From a virus (Duplodnaviria > Heunggongvirae > Uroviricota > Caudoviricetes), in the IMG/VR virus record IMGVR_UViG_3300028797_000099, positions 64,001-128,000 of that record: DNA of 64,000 nucleotides; one strand, written 5' to 3'. Below, piece by piece: positions 52,461 to 63,300 of the stretch; within the stretch, counting starts at the first letter, position 1; the number at the start of each line of letters is the position of its first letter. Position numbers and translations under genes: made by a program. Below the pieces are notes generated by a model. The model was not told the origin of the DNA and ran no database searches. It was given only the letters and a program-made list of their open reading frames with translations.

Positions 52461-54800
52461 TTATAACGTCTTGGTACCCAAAAGCATCGGCAAACGGTGT
52501 TGCCAACGCAACACGAAATTGATTTGGTCCTCGTCCCAGTCATCACCCCCGACATAATCCATGTAGTCGATACAGGTTACGACATTCGTGTCCATCACAC
52601 ACACCCGCTGTCGGCACTCATGGCAGAACATCGAGAGTTCCGCAGCAATATGGTCATCGCCGATTATATAACCATTCAGTATTCGTACACGAAGAATATC
52701 TGGTATCATACTCGCCCTGATTGCAAATACGGGCCCGCCAAGAATCGCCACATCGGTAAGCTCGCCAAATCCTAGTTCCCCGATGATTTTCTTCGTACTG
52801 TTGTCCTTAATCGACAATCCCTCATAGCAACCGTAGGAGTCGTGACTGTCATGCCAGTTGAACGTGTTAGGAATAGTTTTCCAGCCATATGTTCCAACCA
52901 TACCCACATCAGTTGGAAGCTTGTCAAGTTTTTCCTTCCAGAATATGTCAGAAATACAGGTAGAACTGTCCATGAACATGAACCAGTCAGGAGGAACGCT
53001 GAATGTCACTTCCTCCATCTTGAACATGCCGGAGAACAACGCCTTTACACTAAGGGAAACCCTATCCGCACTGTTTTTCTTTGTGAAGAAATGGTTCGGA
53101 TGATACACATAATCGTATGTCTTGTATCCGCCATCAAATCTCTTGTACAGGTCAACCTCTCCCCTCTTGTAAATGCAACGGAAAATCTGCGGTGATGTCA
53201 ACGACTTGACCACATCATTGTTCGTAACGGCACTGCACTTAACGGGAGTCAACCCAAGGATATTCCTCATCTTGTTGTCATGGTCGATTTCCTGCTGTCT
53301 AATCCTCTTCAACAGACGCTTCTTTTCCGACATGACAAGACGGGGTTCGTTAATCTTCGTGTCAAGTGCAAGGGTAACATCATCGTCCGTAACTTCGTGG
53401 TACTGATACGGACTCTTCTTACGCATATCGACATACTTCTTGTGCATCATGAGGATTGAGAACTTTCCCTTCTTATAGCGTTTGGCATTCTCCTCCTTGT
53501 CAATCTTCAATTTCTTCCTGATAAATTCATGGGTGATGTCGATAAAGTTCCCGCCCTTGATTAGGGCCTCGATATCGACATAGTTGATGCCGACCATGAC
53601 TTCCTTAATCTTCTGAGAATGATAGGTATACCACGTCATTATATTGCCCGAAGCAAGCTTGACATGAACTTTCTCACTGTTCTTTGCGTATGTATCAATC
53701 CACTTGTCGTTAACACCGTATCTGTTCTTGATATGCTTCCTTGTTATGAACTCCTTTCCAAGTCCATACAGTATTCCGCAATCCCTGTCATAAATGTACT
53801 TGTCAAGGTCTTCCACAAGGAACATGGCAAACCCTTTTCCTGAACGGCTCAACTTGGCGCCATTGGCTTTTCGCACAGGCTTTATCAGTTTCTTTTCATA
53901 CCTCGCCCGCAGCCATTCCTTCTTCGATGCACCGACATATATCCTAGCCATATCGCTGGAAATAATGTCCTTCAACGGGTTGTAAATAGCGATATCACCA
54001 GCATGTGATGCAATGAACTTTCGTATATCATCGGACGAGTAGCGGTCTGTAACATAACCATCCATCGTCTTCATCTTACGTGGCTTATACACTGCAAAGA
54101 ATTCGTTAGATTTCGCCGTATTTCCAATAATGTCAAGAACATCCTCGAAGGAAATCGTTGCGTTAGCCTTTGCCACAATATCAAGAAAACGGTTATGACG
54201 ATAGTACACGTCAAGGTCTTTCTTGTAGTAAACGACGTGCTTCTCTCCGTCTGTAGACATCTGTTCCTTGAATGGAATGTCCTTAACAATCGACTCAAAC
54301 TGTCCCTGGGACATGCCGAGGTATTCTGCGGCTTCCATCCTACCGAACGTGGAGAACGGAAGGTCTTTCCTTCTAAACTCTATGGACAGAAGTTTGCACC
54401 GTTCCACCACCTCTGGTTCACGGTAAAGCCTGTCCCCATTACTATCGAGAATGTAGAATAAGTTGTGAAGGATATCCCTGTCGATAACCCATTCTACCGT
54501 GCGGTTGAGGTTTCGGCAAATGTATTTCAAACTGATATACTTTACATTGTCCTTCAACACACGGTCAGCTTCCGAAAGTTCGTACAGCCCGTACTCAACA
54601 TTCGCTTGGAGTATCTTTTTAGTGTCCGTCGGTATCTCGTACTTTATCTCGTCATAGTTAACCTTTCCTTCGGATTCATTCCGAAGAAAGTCCATGGCAG
54701 CAATCTCCTCGTCATTGACAACGGGAGATATGTCGTAGTCAGATGCAAGAGCAAGAGTGTCTTGCGGTAATTTCCAAAGTTCGTCGTGTTTAGGATTCAT
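52461..54800 (-). CDS. Fusion of tandem HTH-like region and C-terminal glycosyltransferase-2-like domain
   Basis: GRMEAAEYLGMSQ, ISFEDVLDIIG, SSDMARIYVG; C-terminal VGMVG...VAILGGPVFAI...W..DQINF..RW..RLP. Confidence 0.55.
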   Translation of the reverse strand: MNPKHDELWKLPQDTLALASDYDISPVVNDEEIAAMDFLRNESEGKVNYDEIKYEIPTDTKKILQANVEYGLYELSEADRVLKDNVKYISLKYICRNLNRTVEWVIDRDILHNLFYILDSNGDRLYREPEVVERCKLLSIEFRRKDLPFSTFGRMEAAEYLGMSQGQFESIVKDIPFKEQMSTDGEKHVVYYKKDLDVYYRHNRFLDIVAKANATISFEDVLDIIGNTAKSNEFFAVYKPRKMKTMDGYVTDRYSSDDIRKFIASHAGDIAIYNPLKDIISSDMARIYVGASKKEWLRARYEKKLIKPVRKANGAKLSRSGKGFAMFLVEDLDKYIYDRDCGILYGLGKEFITRKHIKNRYGVNDKWIDTYAKNSEKVHVKLASGNIMTWYTYHSQKIKEVMVGINYVDIEALIKGGNFIDITHEFIRKKLKIDKEENAKRYKKGKFSILMMHKKYVDMRKKSPYQYHEVTDDDVTLALDTKINEPRLVMSEKKRLLKRIRQQEIDHDNKMRNILGLTPVKCSAVTNNDVVKSLTSPQIFRCIYKRGEVDLYKRFDGGYKTYDYVYHPNHFFTKKNSADRVSLSVKALFSGMFKMEEVTFSVPPDWFMFMDSSTCISDIFWKEKLDKLPTDVGMVGTYGWKTIPNTFNWHDSHDSYGCYEGLSIKDNSTKKIIGELGFGELTDVAILGGPVFAIRASMIPDILRVRILNGYIIGDDHIAAELSMFCHECRQRVCVMDTNVVTCIDYMDYVGGDDWDEDQINFVLRWQHRLPMLLGTKTL

Positions 54801-54821
54801 CGTAGTTAAAATACAATATTT

Positions 54822-54856
54822 GAATGGGGGTCCCCGTGAGATAGGACCCCCATTCG
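54822..54856 (-). terminator. Terminator after the prohead operon
   Basis: gaatgggggtcc-ccgtgagata-ggacccccattc. Confidence 0.7.
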
Positions 54857-54879
54857 TTTGGTGTATAGTGGAAACTTGG

Positions 54880-55833
54880 TTACGAGAACACGTTCATTCC
54901 AGCGTTCAGGGCTAGCCTAACGTCATCGTCAGCAACACCGTTGTCCAGCGAACTGGGCTGGGACAGCATTTCCTTGGTAACGTCAGGGCTGTTGTACACC
55001 TTGTTCTGGGACAGTCCCTGCCCAAGGGCTTCAAACGCAGCAGACTTGCTGCCGAAGCCGACGGAGGCTAGTTTGGGCGCAGGACGCATCCTTTTGCTGA
55101 CAGCAGCGCTTCCACCAGCAGGATACCTGACCTCGTTAACTGCGAGGTTATTCTTCCGATAGTTCGTCAACCCGTTGTCCATGATGTCGTCATGCATCAG
55201 GCCGTCGGCTATCTCGTTCAATTCGTTCATGTCAATTTGGTTGGGAGCCTTTATTTCACCGATTCCGCTAAACTCCCTGCTAGAAGTCTTCTCGTCTTCA
55301 ATCCCGTTTATGTACTTGAAAATGTCTTCACGTTTAAGGTCATCAAGAGAAACATCTCGGTTCGGGTCAGTGAAGTATTCAACCGCCTTCTGCTGGAGGT
55401 CTGGACGGTAACCGTTGGTTTCACGGAGAACCTTGTCTTCAATCTTCGCATACATGAGCTGCTTCATAGCACGCTTGTATTCGACCACTTTCTCTTGAAG
55501 TTCCGCCTTCAACTGTGCAACCGCTTTCTTCGCTTCTCTTTCCCGTGTAGTTTCTATCTGACACTCTTCGAGGACATTCACAATCTTTTGCAACGCCTCA
55601 AACAAATGTCCGTTGACGGCGTTGTCGCCCATGTTGTCAACCTTTTTCTGAACAGCTGGTTTTACCAACGCATCGAATTGTCCAGATACCGCCTCGACCA
55701 AGGACTTGAACTGTCGGTCGCCCTTCGCCTCGTAGTCGGATATAGCCTTGCTATACCCACCCTCAATCTTCGATGCAATCTCGGGGGATATAGTACCAAG
55801 TTCTTCTTTTGTTAAGATGTCTGACAGTTGCAT
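54880..55833 (-). CDS. T4 gp22-like prohead core scaffold protein
   Basis: Follows the gp21-like gene; coiled-coil; HLFEALQKIVNVLEE resembles the gp22 ELFES..GLK.LF.E block. Confidence 0.6.
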   Translation of the reverse strand: MQLSDILTKEELGTISPEIASKIEGGYSKAISDYEAKGDRQFKSLVEAVSGQFDALVKPAVQKKVDNMGDNAVNGHLFEALQKIVNVLEECQIETTREREAKKAVAQLKAELQEKVVEYKRAMKQLMYAKIEDKVLRETNGYRPDLQQKAVEYFTDPNRDVSLDDLKREDIFKYINGIEDEKTSSREFSGIGEIKAPNQIDMNELNEIADGLMHDDIMDNGLTNYRKNNLAVNEVRYPAGGSAAVSKRMRPAPKLASVGFGSKSAAFEALGQGLSQNKVYNSPDVTKEMLSQPSSLDNGVADDDVRLALNAGMNVFS

Positions 55834-55842
55834 ATTGTCACC

Positions 55843-56568
55843 TTATCCACGCAAATTGTTGAGTAGAGCAATCCTGTTATAGCAATGACACTTATTAGTG
55901 CGGAAATCAATGTTGCGGTTCATAACAACTTCCTTGCGGCAACGGTCAATAGATTCTGTAAGAATCTTGTGAGCCTTCCTCTTGCCTGCATCGCTTTCGA
56001 AGTGGCTAGTGATTAGGGCCTTATTGTCGAAGCTCGGGTTTCCTACAACGTCAACAGTAATCAAAGTGTACTCAGGGTCAATTTCTTCATAACCTGTGGG
56101 AAGTTCGATGGTATCGCCTGCTCCACGCAGAGAGTAGCCGGGAGTATATCCCGCCTTGATGAGGCCAGCAAGATTTCGACCCGCATCAGTATCCTCTGCG
56201 ACAACCATTCGGCAGTAAAGATTCTTTCCGTCCATACGGAGTTCCTCGATTACTGCACAGGTCTTCCACAAGTTCATTTCGAAAATCGGGTAATCTTTCG
56301 GGTTTCCTTCCATGTCTACACGAGGGTGGTTCAATTCAGCCGCCAATCGTCCAAGAGGAATCTTCGTCTTGTTCAGCTTCGCAACTTCCCTGGCGATGAT
56401 TGCACGAGGATATGAACGACCGTTGATACCCGGTTCGTCACAGACAATAGCCGTGCCTTCCAGGATAAGTCTCTTAACCTTATTTCCATAAATGTCGGTA
56501 CGTTCGGCGACAGACACCTTGCTGTCATCGAAATTAGGTACGCTAATGATTTCCCGCATCTTTCCCAT
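55843..56568 (-). CDS. T4 gp21-like prohead core protease
   Basis: LILEG...NGRSYPR, AELNHP, AGRNLAGLIKAGYTPGYSLRGAG, LITVDVVGNPS. Confidence 0.9.
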   Translation of the reverse strand: MGKMREIISVPNFDDSKVSVAERTDIYGNKVKRLILEGTAIVCDEPGINGRSYPRAIIAREVAKLNKTKIPLGRLAAELNHPRVDMEGNPKDYPIFEMNLWKTCAVIEELRMDGKNLYCRMVVAEDTDAGRNLAGLIKAGYTPGYSLRGAGDTIELPTGYEEIDPEYTLITVDVVGNPSFDNKALITSHFESDAGKRKAHKILTESIDRCRKEVVMNRNIDFRTNKCHCYNRIALLNNLRG

Positions 56569-56581
56569 GACGCTCCCCTAC

Positions 56582-56761
56582 TCACACTTTCTTGGGTGAG
56601 TTAATACTTTCCATGACTATCTTGGTTTTTTCCTTCATGCACATACTATACACGGACTCCATATAGGCATTGACCATTTTTTCCACATTGGTGGAGTCGC
56701 CGTTAAGCAGATAGCTTATCAGCGAGCGTGCGTCATTGTCTTTAAGTCCTGGTATGGCCAT
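56582..56761 (-). CDS. Small gp67-like prohead core protein (59 aa); not in the ORF track
   Basis: MAIPGLKDNDARSLISYLLNGDSTNVEKMVNAYMESV...; directly upstream of the protease, behind TATAAACTA. Confidence 0.5.
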   Translation of the reverse strand: MAIPGLKDNDARSLISYLLNGDSTNVEKMVNAYMESVYSMCMKEKTKIVMESINSPKKV

Positions 56762-56864
56762 TACTGAAAACCAATAATCATTACATTCGTATATAGTTTA
56801 TAATAGAGAGCGTCGGGCCAATATCTCTCGATACTGACCCATACCCTAAAATACGTTTTTTCTA

Positions 56865-57611
56865 CTAAATTCCGTTCTCGTCAGGTGAAATATTCTCATC
56901 GGGAACAGGAGGCAACATAGGCTCCTCCACTGGATTCTCCTGAACAGGCGCCTGAGCCGGAGTAGCAGGCTCTTGTTTCGGTGTCACTTCTGCCGGAACG
57001 TGGTATGTCCTTGCCGCTTTTAGTATAGTCATCCAGTTTGTCATCACTGCGGTAAATGCCGCCAGCAAATGTTTGCATACCCGATTCTTGTGCTGCGGGT
57101 CCCTTACCTTAGGCGCAATGTCTTCACCTCCCGAAGGGACTCCATCGATAGATTCGTAGCCAGAAAGGTAGCTGTCGTAAATATGTTTTAGGTTGTACTT
57201 CATGCCGCTCCAGTTGAAGTCCGGGCACGTACAGAATACCTTGACATCACATGAACGAAGCAACGCAATCTTCTTTGCAGGCGCCATCGCACCTTGCGCC
57301 TGACTGAACAACGTCCCCTGCTTCGGTATGAACTCGATGTATACATCATAGTTCTTCTCGTTGCTTGCCGAAGGAACAACAAAGTGAACGACCGCATGAC
57401 CACTTTTCGGGTCTCTTGTCAGGTCGTTATAGTGGAATGTAAGGGTCTTGCTCCTGTATTTCCTTAGGTTATCCGCCGCCCCCGAAAGGTCTGCCATAGT
57501 AGCCTCGAAGCACGCATCGTACAGACGAGATACGCTCTCATACTGACGCATACTTAGACCTAGATTGCCTACGGCTTCCATAAAGATTTTCTTCTCGTTC
57601 ATATATTCCAC
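56865..57611 (-). CDS. SWIM-type zinc-finger protein with shared leader
   Basis: FCTCPDF...VCKHLLA; N-terminus IFMEAVGNLGLSMRQYESVSRLYDACFEA. Confidence 0.75.
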   Translation of the reverse strand: MEYMNEKKIFMEAVGNLGLSMRQYESVSRLYDACFEATMADLSGAADNLRKYRSKTLTFHYNDLTRDPKSGHAVVHFVVPSASNEKNYDVYIEFIPKQGTLFSQAQGAMAPAKKIALLRSCDVKVFCTCPDFNWSGMKYNLKHIYDSYLSGYESIDGVPSGGEDIAPKVRDPQHKNRVCKHLLAAFTAVMTNWMTILKAARTYHVPAEVTPKQEPATPAQAPVQENPVEEPMLPPVPDENISPDENGI

Positions 57612-60212
57612 CTAGCTAAACAGCACTTCCGCATCATGGTTTTCCATGATGAAAACTCCATCCATACCAGCCTTCTTGACGTGTATGGCAACAAGGTCAA
57701 CATCAAGCCTAATCAGGTCGCCAAGGAAATTATTGTTGCGAGCTATCCTATAAACCTCGTTATTGGTCCCCGTAAACTGGTCGGTCAGAACGTAAGTGTA
57801 AGGATATCCGTCATGTTCCATAATATCCTGGCGGAACACTGTTATAGCAGCATCGGAAACAGAGCTCGGGTCAATAGTACCGCTCGATACGGTATCCATC
57901 TGAGCCTGGAACATTCCATTTCCACCAGCACCCAACGGAAGGTTGCTAGAAAAGGCACCGCATGCAATATACTCGTCAGCATTTTCCAACGGGTTTACAA
58001 TGTCATAGAATTGTTTCAAATATTTCTTAGAAACCGCCGCACTCTTCTCCGGCTTGACCGGGTTGATAACCCTGACGTTTGCAAACTGGTCGTTCTCGTA
58101 GTTAGAAACAATCGGATTCCTGTCATAGGCGTTATTCTGGTTAGTCGCAACAACCAGGGTATTCCTCGAGACCGGGGTTTCCTCACCGTCCAAAGCCATC
58201 TTGATTAACTTCAAGATGTTCTTGATGAGCAACGTATTGGATGCAAACGAAGTTATCCGGCGTAGGCTTTTCTCGATAGATGATACCAACCCAAGACCTT
58301 CTCCGGCAACCTGAGTGTCCTTCCTGGTATCACCCACAAGGAATTTCGACATCAGGCTGCCTTGCTTGATTTCCTTTATAAGCTGACGTTCTGCCCTATC
58401 CGCATTCGCTTCTATGTCACGAACACGCTTCTCGGCCAGCTTGTCCATTGCGTTTTTCTTTCCACCAGATTTCTTTGCGTTTTTATATTTGTTACTGTAC
58501 CTCATCGCTATCGTCTTGAACAGAGGATGGCGTATGTTGATAAACGGAATTCCGAACACTTCCGTATACGGTTTGCTTATCTCGATATGAGACTTGCTCA
58601 GACCATATCCTGCTGGGATATATGCCCTCGTCGCAATGTTTTGCCCATGGTCGATGCTTACCCTATCCCTTTCCTCACGAGATTCAATCTCTTTCTTAGG
58701 ATTAAACAATTCATCACAGTAATACTCTATGGCATTCGTTTGCGATGCCCTGTAACCACGACTTACCAAGCTATCGACGACACGCTCGACATCCTCGTTG
58801 TCATAGTTTCGGTTATACCTTACAGCAAACTCATCCATCTTCGCAATTACAGCAGCATAAAGAGAAGCCGCCTCTCCCGGAGAGTACGATTCCATGTTGA
58901 GGTCGATATCCCTCATGTCTATTCCTACCGTACCATAGCCACCAAAAGTCTTTAACATCTTGTAGAATGCGTCGTAATCACCTTCTTCGATAACATGAAG
59001 CATCTCTGGCTTTTCTGTCTCTATCCTCCTATAGGCGATTTCGTACTTTTCCAAAGTGTCACCAAGCATGTGTGCGTAGCTACGATAAGCGACAGCCACT
59101 GCCAGTTGAACCGCAGCATCAACCGATTCATCTACATTGTTCGCTACCTTCAAGTCATCGGAAACACCCATTGTGGTCAGATAAGAAATGATAAACGCAT
59201 TCTCTACCATGACCCTCATCTTGGTATAACCAACGCCATCGAGCAACATAATGTAATTATTATTAGAATCATATGCCGCAAGTTCATTACAGTAATTGAT
59301 GATATCGCTTGCCGTAATCACAGCACTTGCATTCTTCTTGATGTACGATACTACTTCGGAAACTATGGCACATAGAGGTCGCTGGCAATCCTGACCTAAA
59401 ACCGTAGACATGAACTTGACAAAATTGACACAATCATTCATGTAAGCACGGGAATCATATTTAGTTGAAAGCGTCTTCGTTACAGTAGGGTCAACCTCAG
59501 TAAGGAAATGCAAAACACCTGCATAATCCACATTGTTGTCTTGGGCAGCCTTATTCAATATGTCATTGAGCGGCAAGTTAACGGGAGGAAGGTTATCCTT
59601 TCTACCATTACCCTTATCGTCTTTCTTATCATCAATAATTTCAGGCTTCTTGTTTTCTTTAGGAGGCTCCATAGGAGGAACTCCTTTGAATGGATTTTCT
59701 TCCTCACCCTTCCCTTTGCCCGCTTTTTTGACCGTGGGTTTACCTTTCGCTTTCTTCGCTTCTTCGACTTGGGAGTCACCGTTTCCGTTGTTCTCAGTAG
59801 ACTTTGCTCGTTTACCACCTCGTTTTTTCTTTGCAGGCGCACCCGTTCCGTCAGCAGAGGCTGATTCAGCATCCTTCTTTTTATGTGAGCCTTTCGGGTT
59901 TTTTGGATTAGTATCTTTTGTATCGTTCACTTTACTTTCAGCGTTGCCATCTCCAAACAATACATTATCCATAGCTGTCGGCTCGGTTGGTTTTGGGTTT
60001 TCCTCGTTTTTTTTCTTATTGTCCTTCAATTCAGCCGTAGATACAGTCTCGTCAGGGGAGTTCATGAACGCTGCAACATCCCCTTCAAGACTCGCAAGGT
60101 CAATATAGTTGGCTGAATCGTCGCCAACATTCCCTACGGCGAAATCATCATCGTCTGGCAAATCGTTAACGTTAATTCCTTCAATCAAAACCCTCGTATC
60201 ACCTTTCATCAT
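57612..60212 (-). CDS. Large hypothetical late protein with charged low-complexity N-terminus
   Basis: 866-aa ORF; TATAAACTA at 60238-60244. Confidence 0.75.
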   Translation of the reverse strand: MMKGDTRVLIEGINVNDLPDDDDFAVGNVGDDSANYIDLASLEGDVAAFMNSPDETVSTAELKDNKKKNEENPKPTEPTAMDNVLFGDGNAESKVNDTKDTNPKNPKGSHKKKDAESASADGTGAPAKKKRGGKRAKSTENNGNGDSQVEEAKKAKGKPTVKKAGKGKGEEENPFKGVPPMEPPKENKKPEIIDDKKDDKGNGRKDNLPPVNLPLNDILNKAAQDNNVDYAGVLHFLTEVDPTVTKTLSTKYDSRAYMNDCVNFVKFMSTVLGQDCQRPLCAIVSEVVSYIKKNASAVITASDIINYCNELAAYDSNNNYIMLLDGVGYTKMRVMVENAFIISYLTTMGVSDDLKVANNVDESVDAAVQLAVAVAYRSYAHMLGDTLEKYEIAYRRIETEKPEMLHVIEEGDYDAFYKMLKTFGGYGTVGIDMRDIDLNMESYSPGEAASLYAAVIAKMDEFAVRYNRNYDNEDVERVVDSLVSRGYRASQTNAIEYYCDELFNPKKEIESREERDRVSIDHGQNIATRAYIPAGYGLSKSHIEISKPYTEVFGIPFINIRHPLFKTIAMRYSNKYKNAKKSGGKKNAMDKLAEKRVRDIEANADRAERQLIKEIKQGSLMSKFLVGDTRKDTQVAGEGLGLVSSIEKSLRRITSFASNTLLIKNILKLIKMALDGEETPVSRNTLVVATNQNNAYDRNPIVSNYENDQFANVRVINPVKPEKSAAVSKKYLKQFYDIVNPLENADEYIACGAFSSNLPLGAGGNGMFQAQMDTVSSGTIDPSSVSDAAITVFRQDIMEHDGYPYTYVLTDQFTGTNNEVYRIARNNNFLGDLIRLDVDLVAIHVKKAGMDGVFIMENHDAEVLFS

Positions 60213-60280
60213 GCACTCACGATAAAATTCATCTATAGTTTATATTGCAGAACCAACGTCATTTTTGGTACCGTACAAAA

Positions 60281-60310
60281 AGAGCCACCATCACATAGAC
60301 GGTGGCCCTT
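60281..60310 (-). terminator. Terminator-like hairpin
   Basis: GGGCCACC-GTCTATGTGAT-GGTGGCTC-TTTT. Confidence 0.55.
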
Positions 60311-60328
60311 AATATTATTTACGCTATA

Positions 60329-63300
60329 CTAGGATACCCCAAGTGTAGTCTTAATTTTTCCCTTGCAAGTATCACTAATACACTTGGCGAATTTAGCCCC
60401 GCTCAACTTACTATTTGGGGCAGGTGCCTTGTAATTTTCTTCCAAGTATTTTATAGCTCCATCGTATGTCGGGTTATCAGTTGACTGCTGATATTCGAGT
60501 ACAAGAGGCTTAGCGAACACCCAGTTCCGTGCCATGATAATATCGGCAAGTTCATCTTTGTATACACCCTGCATTGTATTAACGATATCATTGACATCTT
60601 TCGGGGTAAGGCTGTATTCCTTCTGAGTATCAGCGCTATTCAGGCTATACGCAATCCATGAAGGCCTTACACATCCATGGGCACTGATAAATTTATCAAC
60701 CAACTCCTCCAGGATTTTCTTGGTTTTCACATCACTACTGGTCGCTTTCAAAATTTGAGCATTGCCCATAGCCTTCAACTTGGATGCGAGTGCAGTATTG
60801 ATGGAAATGCCAAGGCTTCCGGCAAGGTCAACAAAGTCGTCTGGCAGCAAATCAACAATCCTGCGACCGAGAGCACTATCAGGACCGTATTTAATCAAGT
60901 CGCTTGCTACTGTGGTAACAAGGTCTCTTACACACTGCCCGTTAATCGGCTCGCCGCCAAAATCAATCTTCGTTTTCGGCCTGAGACTTTCATCATTGAA
61001 GTTGCTTACACGCCATGCACAGTATGCGATGGCAGATTTCATCACAGCAGAGACCTGAGAACCACCGTACAACAGCTTCAAGTAATGAAGTTTTTTCATA
61101 ACCTGTGCCGGGACTACTTTATTCTCGTAGTCCTCATGCCATTGGCCAAGCTTCCGCATGACATCATCAAATCTATTCTCCAATGCAATGCAGCCCAATG
61201 CGTTTCTTATCTGGAAACGACCGAAAGGAATATCCTTATCACCTTCGTTAAGCCAGTACACTCTTGTCACGATGTAATCCTTAGCCCTTTGCTTAGTCTC
61301 TCCTTTCTCGTTAACGTAAGTTTCGTAGTTGACCGTCTTTACATCAGATACTCGGGTAGTTCCATTGACATGCACCAGAAGCGTATCACCCTCATGCAAG
61401 ATGGTGCTCGCAGTAATGCGCATCGTGCCATCGTCATTCACTCCAATGACATCCATCGTTTCGTTAAAGTTTATGGCACTACCTTCCTTTAGGTCAGGGT
61501 TTCCTTCCCTATCCATATCAGCAAGAATATCTTGCAGCTTATTATCGTCAGCAGCGTCATCACTGATAACGTTTTGAATCAAGTCATCTACACTGTTCGT
61601 CGGATAACCAGTTTTTCCACGCAGGAAATTCCTAGCGCTTGTAGCAGGGTTGTTATTAGACGACTTGTTGAACACACCTGTTGCCAATGCGAGTTCCGCA
61701 TCAACATTTACAAGCTCGTCCAGAAGGGCGTCATCGACAAGATGGATTCGACCAGATTTAACTCCCTCAGAGCTCAAAGCCTTCGCCTGCGAAGCGAGAA
61801 GCTCGATAAACTCCTTACGGTTATTTCCGAATCCACGGCTGCCTGCCGCATTGAGGATTTCTCTTGCAAGCCTGTACTCCAGCAGTTTCAGCTCGGATAT
61901 ACGATACCTTGCAAGCGTATCACCCTTAAAGGTATTCATCACCTTTCCGTTTTTATCCCTTACAGGATAGTCCTTGAAGAATTTCTTATTTGCAGTTTCC
62001 TTATCAAGCGTGTCTTGGTCACTCGACTTATTCATGATGTCAACGGCGGTCGGGTACCTACTTCCATATTCATCAAGATAACGCTCAAAGTCAGCCTTAG
62101 CCTTTTCGAAAGTAATGTTTATTTGTCCAACTTCCAATGCCAGAGTTTCATCGTCTCGAATATCAAAGGCCAATGTACCAGCATGTACCGCCTTAGCAAC
62201 ATTCTTGTTAAGGCCGATAACTTCACGGTCCCTACCTGTTTCCTTTGCGACATCACGACGACCATAAGCAGCGCCAGACGGAGAGGCATCACGGGCTCTA
62301 GCCTTAAGTCCTTCTTCGTAATAAGCGAATGCCGTGATAAGTCTTGCGTTGTTATTCACTAGCACGGTCATCGGATTCATTACGACCTCTCTCATAACCG
62401 TATTAAGAATACGGACATCAAGCGCTTGCAGAGGCTCGCCATTAGACAATTTGTTCACCGTGTTAGTGAACGCACTGTACAATGTTGCAAAATGCTCGTT
62501 TACGACAGTCTTTTTTCTCTGTTCTTCATTGTTCAGCGTCTGCTGACGATAAGTCATCTTGGTATTACGCTTACTGTGGCCAACAGTGTTGTATTCTTCG
62601 GTAAGGTCCATAAGAGACTTGAAGAAGCTATGCACCTTATCCAAGTTAATATTATCGCCATCAAACGTATAAGGCGACTTGACACCCTCAGCTTCGACAA
62701 AGCGGCCAATACCATTCGAATAAACATCTTTAATGTCATCAGCAACCTGAGCATATTTACCTTTCAAATCCGCTTTATTGAAATACGACTCCAACGCAGA
62801 GAGTTCATTTTCGGAAATACTCTTATACGGCATCGCATCAATACGAGAAACATCACCTATACCGTTACGATAGTCAATAGATAGGCTGTCTTCTGGAACA
62901 GTCTGTCTCAGTCTATTCATCATAACACGAAGAGCGTTGCTCTCACGGAACGCATCGGTAAGCTTACCCAGTTCCTCAGACGCATTGCTTTCGAAGTTAT
63001 AGACGCAAAAGTCAATAATAGCGTTTCCGGGACTGTCAAAACCTTTAACAGTTGAAGCGACAAAAGGAACTATCATTCCCCCGGCATCAACCTTCATGCC
63101 CAATGCATCCCTACGAATGGCATCTCCATTCTTCACAACGATATCGGCAACCTTAGCCACATAATCGGTATCATTATGAATTTTCTTGTTTATTGCCGCA
63201 TAGATTTTAACCTCATCTTTAAGCTGTTTCTGAACACTATCCTGTCTAGCATTATCCATACCACCCAAGGCACTCTTGCTAACAGCATTCAGCGCATCGA

